The position numbers and the translations under genes are program-made. The notes beneath the pieces were generated by a model. It saw nothing but the letters and a program-made list of their open reading frames with translations. It searched no databases and was not told the origin of the DNA. 64,000 nucleotides of DNA from an uncultured Anaerolineales bacterium (lineage in GTDB: Bacteria > Chloroflexota > Anaerolineae > B4-G1): NCBI GenBank assembly GCA_964530325.1, contig CAZHAX010000002.1:6400-70399 (forward strand). The letters are read 5' to 3'. This document shows, in pieces, positions 38,177 to 47,000 of this stretch. Position 1 is the stretch's first letter, and each line of letters begins with the position of its first letter.

Positions 38177-40090
38177 ATGGCGCGAGACGGCCTCCGCATA
38201 GCCGTAGGTCTGGGGCTTGTCCTCGCTGCCCTGGCCGGCTGCTCGGGGACGGGTGGGATCGAGGTCGGCACTCGCCGGCCCGGGGGCACCGCTGTGGCCG
38301 TGCCCACGTCGGACACGTCCATCGCGGCGGGGCCCAAGTTGCTTAACGTCTGCGTGCTGGGCGAGCCCGATTCGCTCTACTTGTACGGTGGCTCCGGAAT
38401 CGACGCCACTCAGCACGTTCTTGCATCGCTGTACGATGGCCCCGTCGACTATCTCGACTACACAGCACAGCCGGTGATACTGGAGAGCCTGCCCAGCTTC
38501 GCCGCCGGCGATGTGATCACCCGCGCGCTGCGGGCCTATCCCGGCGATATCGTCGTCGATGCCGAGGGTCAGGTGCAGGAGCTGGCCGCTGGACTTCGAG
38601 TGCGCCCGGCCGGATGCTATCGGGATGAATGCGCCGTCAGGTTCTTCGGAGAATGGCTGCTCATGGAGCGCATGGAGGCCACCTTCACGATCAAGGAGGG
38701 GGTCACCTGGTCGGACGGCGAGCCGGTCACAGGGGCGGACTCCGTCTTCGCCTACCAGGTCGTGCGGGATCCGGCCACGCCCGTAGGAGACTACATCGTA
38801 GAGAGAACGACGAGCTACGTCGCCGTGGGAGAGCGGGGCGTGAAGTGGACCGGTATCCGGGGCTACTACAACTCCACTGTGGCGACGGCCTTCTTCGCTC
38901 CGCTGCCCAAGCACCAGCTGGAGGATTACACGCCGGAGCAGCTGCTGCAGATCGAGGAGACGAGGCGAAGCCCGCTCACCTGGGGGCCCTTCATCGTCGA
39001 CGCCTGGGTCGCGGGGGAGTATCTGGCGCTGTCACCAAACGAGCATTACTTCCGCGCCGCCGAAGGGCTGCCCCATCTCGATCAACTGGTCTTCAAGTTC
39101 GCCGATGACGCCGCGGAAGTGGCCGCCCGGGTCCTGACGGCGGAGTGTGACTTGGGCGTAGGTGTGGGATACTCGGATTGGGAGCCGTTTCTGCCTCTGC
39201 TTGCGGCCGCCGAGGACCGGGGCGAGGTGCGGCTGGTCACGGCGGGTACGGACCTGTGGGAGCACATCGATTTCGGCATCCTGCCGGCATCGTACTACGG
39301 GAGGCCTGCCTTTTTCGGCGAGGCGGCAATAAGGCGGGCGATCGTCCAGTGCATAGACCGCCAGGCGATCGTCGACGAGGTCACCTACGGGCACGGCACC
39401 ATCTCCCACAGTTACCTGCCGGCCGAGCACCCGCTCTATGCTGGCGACCGGCTCGTGCAGTGGGACTACAACCCCGGGGCGGCTAATGCACGGCTCGAGG
39501 AGTCCGGCTGGATCGACGCCGACGAGGACGGCGTTCGTGAGTCACACAGCGTCCCGGGAGTCTTTTCCGGCACGCCGCTGAGAATCACGCTGCTGGCTTC
39601 GTCGGATGATCTGATCTCGCGTCAGGTTGCCGGTATCGTCCGAGTCAACCTGGCAGACTGCGGGGTAGACGTTGAAGTGGAGATGCTGGCGTCGGAAACG
39701 CTGCTGGCGCCTGGCCCGGACGGGCCTGTCTTCGGCCGGCAGTTCGACATGGCGGAGATGACGTCCGACCTGGACGCGACCGGGACATGCCGGCTCTTCC
39801 TTTCGTCCGAGGTCCCCTGGGGTCTGGCCTGGGAGGGGATCAACCCCAGCGGGTATTCCAGCGAGGGTTTCGATGCAGCTTGCGAAGCGGCGCTCAGCGC
39901 GCGGCCGGGCTCCGACGACCACCAGCAATACCACGAGCTGGCCCAGGCGATCTTTGCCCAGGAGCTCCCGGCAATTCCGCTTTTCTGGCGGCCGCGCCTG
40001 GCGCTGGCCCGCCCGCACGTTCTGGGCTTCGAGATCAACAGCACTGCTCCGAGCGACCTTTGGTCGGCTGAGACGCTGGACATCGAGTAG
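38177..40090 (+). CDS. Family 5 (peptide/nickel) ABC substrate-binding lipoprotein, orphan
   Basis: Lipobox LAGC, EPDSL, WSDGEPVTGADSVF, GPFIV..W, RRAIVQCIDRQ, LPAIPLFW. Confidence 0.88.
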   Translation: MARDGLRIAVGLGLVLAALAGCSGTGGIEVGTRRPGGTAVAVPTSDTSIAAGPKLLNVCVLGEPDSLYLYGGSGIDATQHVLASLYDGPVDYLDYTAQPVILESLPSFAAGDVITRALRAYPGDIVVDAEGQVQELAAGLRVRPAGCYRDECAVRFFGEWLLMERMEATFTIKEGVTWSDGEPVTGADSVFAYQVVRDPATPVGDYIVERTTSYVAVGERGVKWTGIRGYYNSTVATAFFAPLPKHQLEDYTPEQLLQIEETRRSPLTWGPFIVDAWVAGEYLALSPNEHYFRAAEGLPHLDQLVFKFADDAAEVAARVLTAECDLGVGVGYSDWEPFLPLLAAAEDRGEVRLVTAGTDLWEHIDFGILPASYYGRPAFFGEAAIRRAIVQCIDRQAIVDEVTYGHGTISHSYLPAEHPLYAGDRLVQWDYNPGAANARLEESGWIDADEDGVRESHSVPGVFSGTPLRITLLASSDDLISRQVAGIVRVNLADCGVDVEVEMLASETLLAPGPDGPVFGRQFDMAEMTSDLDATGTCRLFLSSEVPWGLAWEGINPSGYSSEGFDAACEAALSARPGSDDHQQYHELAQAIFAQELPAIPLFWRPRLALARPHVLGFEINSTAPSDLWSAETLDIE

Positions 40091-40128
40091 CGCGCTTCCC
40101 GGCGGCACAGAGCAGTCACGGTGGTGAT

Positions 40129-41793
40129 ATGGAGACCAGGCAGGATCCACTAGCGCCGCGCATACTGGTCGTTGAAGATGACCGCGACATGGTGGTCCTT
40201 CTGAAGCATATGCTAGCTCCCGTCCACGCTGACGTGCTCGTCGCCTACTCGGGGGACGAGGCCTTCAAGGTGCTGGTTGAGCAGGCGGAGACGGGCAGGC
40301 CGGTCGATCTGATCCTTTTGGACATAATGGTTCCGGGCATGGATGGGTACGAGGTGGCGGCGCGGGCCAAGGCGGACCGGCGGCTGCGCGATGTATCTAT
40401 CATCATGACCACGGCGATCGACTCTGTCGAGAGCAAAACGCTCGGCTTGGGGCTGGGGGCGGACGACTACCTGACGAAGCCCTTCGATCCCCAGGAGCTC
40501 CTGGCCCGGATCGACGCTGTGATGCGCGTCCGCCGCAGCGAGGCGGCGTTGAAGCGGCGCAACCAGGAGCTGGCTGCCCTTGTCGAGGCCAACCGCATGG
40601 TCAGCTCGAGCCTCGACCTGGATGAGATCTTGGCGGCTACCATGCGCGGCATCGGGGGGATCGTTCCGGTGGAAGCGGGCCTGGTGGTGCTCGTCGGCGA
40701 GGAGAGCGACGAGCTGGAGGTGCGCACCACCTTCGGGCCGGAAGAGGACGGAAGCGGCAGGAAGATGGAACGGGGGGAAGGGGTCATCGGCCACGTGGTC
40801 GAGTCGGGCCAGCCCAGGCTGGTGAACGACGTGGACCGGGACCCACACTTCCTGCCGGAAGTAGACGAGGTTGGAGGGGTCACGGCCCAGAGCATACTCT
40901 GCGTGCCACTGGCCGCGCGCAGCCGGGTCATCGGCGCGATGCAGCTGCTCAATCGGTCCGGTGGGGCGTTCACCGACGAGGACCAGGAGCTAGTGGAGGC
41001 GATAGCGGCCTCTGTGGCCGTGGCCCTGGAGAACGCCGCCCTATATGGGGAGCTGGCGGACTTCGCGCAGGAGATAGAACGCTCGCAGGCCCAGCTGGTG
41101 CAGGCAGAGAAGATGGCGGCCATCGGCAGGCTGGCTGCTTCGGTCGCTCACGAAATCAACAACCCTCTGCAGGCGATTCACAACACTCTGCATCTCTCCC
41201 GGCAGGAGAAGCTGGGGGCGGAGAAGCGACGCGAGTACCTGGAGATGGCGGAGAGTGAGGTGAAGCGCCTGATCAGCATCGTTCAGCGTATGCTTGATTT
41301 CTACCGGCCGTCCAAGGGAGGTGTCGCCCTCGTCGACGTAAACGAGGTCGTGGAGAACGTTCTGAAGCTGGCGGCGAAGAAGATGCAGCACAGCGGCGTC
41401 GCCGTGAGCGCCGACCTGGGTGAGCTGCCCCCGGCGGAGTTGGTGCAGGACCAGATCGCCCAGGTGTTCCTGAACCTGGCGATCAACGCCACCGAGGCTA
41501 TGCCTGGCGGCGGGGAGCTATCCGTGCAGACGATGCTCTCGGACGACGGGGAATCCGTGCTGGTGAAGTTCAGCGATGGCGGAGAGGGGATGAGCGCCGA
41601 GCAAGTGGCCAACCTGTTCGAGCCCTTCTACACCACCAAGCAGAACGGCACCGGACTCGGCCTGGCCATTAGCTACGGTATAGTGGAGCGGCACGGCGGC
41701 GACATCGAAGTGGTGAGCCAGCCCGGTGAGGGGTCCACCTTCACCGTCCGTCTGCCTGTACAGGGGGTGCGTGGGGATCGCAGCCCAGGGTGA
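40129..41793 (+). CDS. Hybrid kinase REC-GAF-HisKA-HATPase (NtrB-like core)
   Basis: ILVVEDD, LLDIMVP, KPF; GAF; AHEINNPL, NLAINA, TTKQNGTGLGL. Confidence 0.9.
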   Translation: METRQDPLAPRILVVEDDRDMVVLLKHMLAPVHADVLVAYSGDEAFKVLVEQAETGRPVDLILLDIMVPGMDGYEVAARAKADRRLRDVSIIMTTAIDSVESKTLGLGLGADDYLTKPFDPQELLARIDAVMRVRRSEAALKRRNQELAALVEANRMVSSSLDLDEILAATMRGIGGIVPVEAGLVVLVGEESDELEVRTTFGPEEDGSGRKMERGEGVIGHVVESGQPRLVNDVDRDPHFLPEVDEVGGVTAQSILCVPLAARSRVIGAMQLLNRSGGAFTDEDQELVEAIAASVAVALENAALYGELADFAQEIERSQAQLVQAEKMAAIGRLAASVAHEINNPLQAIHNTLHLSRQEKLGAEKRREYLEMAESEVKRLISIVQRMLDFYRPSKGGVALVDVNEVVENVLKLAAKKMQHSGVAVSADLGELPPAELVQDQIAQVFLNLAINATEAMPGGGELSVQTMLSDDGESVLVKFSDGGEGMSAEQVANLFEPFYTTKQNGTGLGLAISYGIVERHGGDIEVVSQPGEGSTFTVRLPVQGVRGDRSPG

Positions 41794-41800
41794 GGTGACA

Positions 41801-42619
41801 ATGGACAGTCACGATCGAGCGATTCGATTGATGGTCGTGGACGATGAGGCTGTGGCCCGCGTCTCGATGGCCGAGGTGCTGAAGCTAGAGGGGTACGAGG
41901 TGCACACGGCGGCCAGCGGGGAGGAGGCGCTGAGCCTCCTGGAGAAGAGCGGCCCGTTCGACCTCATGGTGCTCGATCTGAAGATGCCGGGGATGGACGG
42001 GCTGGAGGTGACCGAGGCGGTGGGCGAGCGCTCGCCCGGAACGGTGATCATCTTGCTGACCGCCTTCGCCACGCTGGAGACGGCAATCGACGCGGTGCGC
42101 AAGGGAGCGCACGACTACCTGCTGAAGCCGTGCCCTGTCCCGGAGGTCCTGGAAAGCGTGCGCAAGGGTCTGGAGAAGCGCCACCAGGAGAGGCAGCGGC
42201 AAGTGCTCGTGAACCAGCTGGAGCAGACGATATCGCGGCTGGCTTCAGTGGAGGGTGGCGAGCTTCCCCAGCCGGCTGCCCCTGTCCGCGCCGACCGCTT
42301 CGCCAAGATCGGCGACCTGGCGCTCGACCGGCAGAAGCACGTGGCCTCGATGGGCGGCCGGCCGCTTGATTTGACACCGACAGAGTTCAAGATACTGGCT
42401 TGCCTCATGGAGACGCCGGACGAAGTCTGGAGCCCTCGGGACCTGGTGCGGCGGGCGCAGGGCTACGATACGGATGCCTGGGGAGCCCGGGCAATCGTCC
42501 GTGTGCACATCCGCCGCCTGCGTAAGAAGATCGAGCAAGATGCCTCGAATCCCCGCTACATAGTCAACGTGCGGGGTGTAGGCTACCTCCTTTCCTCGGG
42601 TCGATCCGGCTCTGAGTGA
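41801..42619 (+). CDS. OmpR/PhoB-family response regulator with coiled-coil linker (272 aa)
   Basis: MVVDDE, LDLKMP, YLLKP; winged helix LDLTPTEFKIL...VRVHIRRLRKKIE...NVRGVGY. Confidence 0.92.
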   Translation: MDSHDRAIRLMVVDDEAVARVSMAEVLKLEGYEVHTAASGEEALSLLEKSGPFDLMVLDLKMPGMDGLEVTEAVGERSPGTVIILLTAFATLETAIDAVRKGAHDYLLKPCPVPEVLESVRKGLEKRHQERQRQVLVNQLEQTISRLASVEGGELPQPAAPVRADRFAKIGDLALDRQKHVASMGGRPLDLTPTEFKILACLMETPDEVWSPRDLVRRAQGYDTDAWGARAIVRVHIRRLRKKIEQDASNPRYIVNVRGVGYLLSSGRSGSE

Positions 42620-42702
42620 GTGTCGCTCGCAGCATCCCTCGCCTTGGCCGCGCTGGCGGCGGCCTTGCGGCGCGCCAGTAGGGCCAGATTCAGCGTCCCC
42701 AC

Positions 42703-42759
42703 CCGTAACCAAACCGTAACCCCTTCGTTACATGTACGTCCGGGGCAGTGTGGTATCCT
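42703..42759 (+). promoter_or_regulatory. Promoter with 11-bp-period direct repeat (OmpR-family-type box)
   Basis: CCGTAACC-aaa-CCGTAACC (GTAAC-N6-GTAAC), 33 nt, TATCCT preceded by TGTGG. Confidence 0.65.
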
Positions 42760-42869
42760 ATGGTTGGCCGCTGCGCCCGGCACCAGCGCAGGCCCCGCCG
42801 TCTACACTCTTTACACGCTGGCTGCCGGGGCGATTGGTAGACGGCGGGGTGTTTGCTGGGCAGGAAGAG

Positions 42870-43094
42870 ATGGGTGTGCAGATGGTGAATGCTGATCAGA
42901 CTGTAGATCTAGTCGAGGCTCTGAGGAGGGCCGGTAATCCGCGCGTGGCGGCATCACAGCGGTTGCGCCGGCTGTTGCAGGAAGTCTCGATGAGGAGCCG
43001 CTGCGGAGCTATCGATTCGGACGACAGGCGATCGCTCGTCGGCGGAGTGGGCGAGTCCGGGCTGGTTCCGGAGAGCGCCGGCGGCGGTGAATGA
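42870..43094 (+). CDS. Small hypothetical protein (about 70-74 aa)
   Basis: Purine-rich AGGAAGAG before ATG 42870 (alternative 42882); lies between the promoter and the protoglobin-like gene; no recognisable motif. Confidence 0.4.
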   Translation: MGVQMVNADQTVDLVEALRRAGNPRVAASQRLRRLLQEVSMRSRCGAIDSDDRRSLVGGVGESGLVPESAGGGE

Positions 43095-43127
43095 GGGCAG
43101 GTCTCTTCCGGGCGGTGGAGGAAACTG

Positions 43128-43727
43128 GTGGGGATGACGGCCTGGTTTGACACGGTCAAGGCCTGTGTAGGATGGGACCTGGCCGACCAGGCGCAGATCG
43201 CCAAGCTGCGCTCCTGGCTGAACTCGAACCTGAGCCAGGTTGTCGAGTACTTGGGCGAGCAGCTGGCGGAGTGCAAGGGGGCACACGCGCTGATGTCGAA
43301 CAAGCGCTTTGTGCGCCGCCTGCACGCCACGCTCGGTGAGTGGCTGTCTGGTCTACTCGAAGGGGCGTTCGAGGGGGAGCGCGCTCAGGAGCGCCGGGCG
43401 TTCGGAACGGGGCTGTTGGAGCGGGACCTGACGTTCAACGACGTCATCCTGCTGGAGGGGCTGGCCAGGAGCCGGCTCTTCGAGCTAGCCCGCGAGCAGC
43501 TCAGTGACGACGCAGAGGCGCTGTCGGCAACCATGCGGAGCCTTGACAAGGCGCTGAATCTCGATTCCGCGCTCATCTATTCCGGTTATCTAGAGGTTCG
43601 CGATGCCGAGCTGGAGCGCGCTCTCCTGGACCGCTTTCTTACCGTTACGGGCTTCAGCCGGACGCTGTACGAGAACCTGGTTGAGGCACGCAGCAATGGG
43701 GTCGCGGAGGTAGCCCGGGCTGGCTGA
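43128..43727 (+). CDS. Protoglobin/globin-sensor-like domain protein lacking the proximal His
   Basis: RBS GGAGG; KACVGW...D, RLHATL.EWL.GLLEG, C-terminal FLTVTGFSRTLYENL; RRAFGTGL replaces the usual R.IG..H. Confidence 0.6.
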   Translation: MGMTAWFDTVKACVGWDLADQAQIAKLRSWLNSNLSQVVEYLGEQLAECKGAHALMSNKRFVRRLHATLGEWLSGLLEGAFEGERAQERRAFGTGLLERDLTFNDVILLEGLARSRLFELAREQLSDDAEALSATMRSLDKALNLDSALIYSGYLEVRDAELERALLDRFLTVTGFSRTLYENLVEARSNGVAEVARAG

Positions 43728-43790
43728 CCGCCATACCTGGGCTGCCCGCAGCCCACCCTCCCTTCTCGGCGAACGCCCCTTCGAGTACAT

Positions 43791-43819
43791 AGAGCCGGGC
43801 CTCTCAGAGGCCCGGCTCT
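43791..43819. terminator. Strong hairpin between convergent genes
   Basis: AGAGCCGGGCCTCT-C-AGAGGCCCGGCTCT, 14-bp perfect arms. Confidence 0.7.
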
Positions 43820-43960
43820 TCACGTGCTGCGGATCGGGAGAGGAAGACCCGAGGTGTGCACTGGGCTGTGTCGGGCAGCTGAACCCCGGCGCAGCGCATA
43901 GCCGGGCCAGGGCGCTCAGAGTGCGGGGCCGTCACCAGGCGGCCACGTCCTCTAGGAAGA

Positions 43961-44057
43961 AGACCCTAAGGGTCTGGGACGGTTCGAAACGGCGAAGGTG
44001 TTTGGCGGCTGCTCGCCCCAGATGATCGCTAGGCCTCATAGCAGACCCTTAGGGTCT
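43961..44057. repeat. Inverted pair of 15-bp palindromes (REP-like)
   Basis: AGACCCTAAGGGTCT (43961-43975) and AGACCCTTAGGGTCT (44043-44057); each is palindromic and they are reverse complements of each other. Confidence 0.8.
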
Positions 44058-44069
44058 AGCGCGCTTCGA

Positions 44070-47000
44070 CTACGGGCCGCCGTATCCCCGAAAGATGAGG
44101 ATCAACCTGACGCGGCACGGCTCCGCCACCACCCACGCCGGCCGTTCAAGTAGTAGTCCCGTCCCATCCTCCAAGAAGGCCACGGAGTAGTGGGGCAGTT
44201 GCAGTGGGTCGGCGGGCAGCTGCAGCGCGTAGGTCACCGTGATCTGCCCGCCGGAGACGATGCTCCCTGCCCAATCGACTGCGTCGTCCGAGGCGGCTGC
44301 GCTCCCTCCCCCCGCCCAGACCAACGAGCCCGGCACGTACTCGGCGGTCGTGGGCAACGAGATCGCTACCGTCGCGCTCACCGCGGTCGCCGGCCCGGCG
44401 TTCGCCGCGGCGAGCGCGCAACTCACAACTGTCCCCGGCCGTGGCCGCTCCGGCTCGCACCACAGCGCCGAAGGGGATAGGTCCGGCGCGCCGATGCGCA
44501 CCACCGCGCCCCGGTCGAAACCTATGGAATGGTCATCCAGCCGCAGCCGGGCCGTGTTCGTGATCTGCGTGCCCGCGGTGCCCGTCAGCACCGCCGCGTA
44601 GGTCACCGTCACTCCCTCCCCCGGCCCCAGCTGCCCTGTCCAGCTCACCCGCGTCGTCGGCGGATCGTACGTCGCCGGCCCGGCCAGGCTTCCCGGCAAG
44701 ATCGTCGTGCTTGCAGGCAGGGTGTTCGAAAGCGACGCTGTCACTGTCAACGGGCCGTCGTTGCTCAGGAGTAGGGTGTAGGTCACAGCATCGCCGCTGC
44801 CCATCGCCGGCCGATTGGGGGAGAATGTCGAACCCCCTAGCCACGATAGCCACCCGACGGCCTGCTGCATCACCGCCGGACGCTCCGCCTCCGCCAGCGT
44901 CTCGAAGGGGAAGGAGAGGAAGACGGCCCTGTGATCCCCCTCTTCCCTCGAGAGCGCGATCGCCCGCCGGCCCTGATCGCGGAACGACACAGCCGTGCCC
45001 GGCCAGGGCTCGACTGCGTCCGACCAGTTGCGGAAGGGGTAGTCCAGCTCGTACGGTCCCAGCCGGTCGCCGGCCGGGTCGCCCACCACGCCTGTAGCGC
45101 TTGTCGCTGTGATGTCCTCCGCGAACGAAAGCAATCCCAGGCAGCGCCGGCTGAACGCCGAATCGCCGTGGAAGTACAGGAAGTCCTGTGACGAAAGGAA
45201 GAGGCGGCCTCCCTCTTCGAGGTAGCTCTCCAGCCAGCCGAGCTGCTCGCTCGTCACCGGTCGGTACCAGTCGTACCCCGTCCACCAGACGACGATCGGG
45301 TAGCGGGCCAGGATCTCGGGGTATGGGCCAACGTCCCAACCCGACCCGGTCGCCGGATGGGACTCCCAGACGTCATACGGCAGCCCTGCCGCACCGAGCG
45401 CCGCCTCGTACTTGGGGCGCTGTTCGTACCACCGGTCGTCGTCCACCAGCAGGATCGGTGCCGGCGCCTTCGTCGTCAGCGTGGCCGTCTGGACAAGCGT
45501 GGGCGAGAGAGTGGACTGGGCGGTGACCGTCACCTCGTCGCGGGCGTCCAACGCTGTGCTGATGGGAACCGTCACGCTGATCACCACGTTGTCGGACGTA
45601 CAGGGGCTCAGTGTGAGAGCGGGCGTGCTCAGCTGCGTGCTCCACGAGTTGCCCGAGAGCGTCAGTGTGAACGCGTCGCTGCTGCCGCTCTGGCCAACGT
45701 GGCGCAATCGCAGCGCGTGGGTGACGATGCTGCCTGCTACGCCGATGCCTGTCTGCTCAGCAGGGCTCAGCTCGAAGCCGACAGCCGCCGGCTCGGCGGC
45801 CAGCCAGTCGAGCGCCGTGCTCATGATCTCCTGGCGGCCCGCCCGGCTCTCTATGGCCTCGAACCCGAAGGATAGGTAGATCACCTTGTAGGGCAGGCAG
45901 GTGCCGATACTCAAGGCCCCACATCCGCCTTCCCGGTAGACGAGAGCCCCGGCCGCGCTGTCGGGATCGAAGGGAGCCACCACGTCCGGCGAGAACTGAT
46001 TGTCCGCCCCGCCGGGTCCGGCGATCGTGATCGTCCGCCCGGCGAAGAGGCTGCCCTCCGCGCCCTCCAATACCCAGTCATCGGCGTTGTCCTCGACGAG
46101 TTGGGCTTTCAGGTAGTCCCGGTAGTACGGAGCGTAGAAGAAGCCCGTACCCCCGTCGTCCAGGTAGCCCACATCCTGCCCGCTCAGCAGGAGCCGTCCG
46201 CCGGAGGAGAGGTGGCCGGTGATCGCCGACTGGGCCCCAATGGACCCAGGGGCGTCCTCCGGAGCGCTCCAGACGACGATGCCGTAGGGCGTCAGGTCGC
46301 CTGCCTCCGGTACGTCGCCCGGGAGCGACTTGACCACCCACTCGTCGTAGGTATATGCCAGATCGTCGAGCGCCTCCTGGTAGTAGCCGATCTGGCTGTC
46401 GTAGTCCCAGGCGCCGCTGTCGACGAGTAGGATCGAAGGCGCCGCGGGCAGGGCGAGGGAGACGGTCGTTGCCTGGCCGGCCGTGATATATGCCGTGGCT
46501 GTGAGCACCCGGTATCCCAGCTGGCTGGCCCGGACTACGTAGACCCCCTCCGGCGGCTTGAATCTGTACGAGCTGGCGGTGGCCGTGAGCGGGGTGCCCT
46601 CGAGCGTGATCGTGGCCGTGAGCGGCGCGCCCGTGGCGGCGGCGGTGGCGTTTGCCTGTAGCGTCCCCGTGGGCAGCGCGCTCAGCGAGAAATCGGCCAC
46701 GCTCACCGTATCCGTGGCCACCCCGATACTGCTGATCGCACCGGACAAGTGGCCGAAGGCGGAGGCGTTCAGGTCGTAGGTCCCGGGAGCGATGGCCATC
46801 GAGTAGAGCCCGGCACCGTCAGAACTTGCACTGCCCCCTCCGCCCTCGCCGTGGGGCGTGGCGATGACCAAGGCGCCGGCGATCGGCTGGCCAGTGCCGT
46901 ACGTCGTGACCGTCCCGGAGATGTAGCCGGGATGGGTGACGCTCGCCAGCGCGGCAAAGACATCTATCCGCCCCCAGCCGGAGTCGTTGTTGGGCACCGG

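Noticed and set aside
43976-44000. tRNA fragment suggested by GGTTCGAAAC
   Set aside because: No cloverleaf, acceptor stem or D-arm around it.
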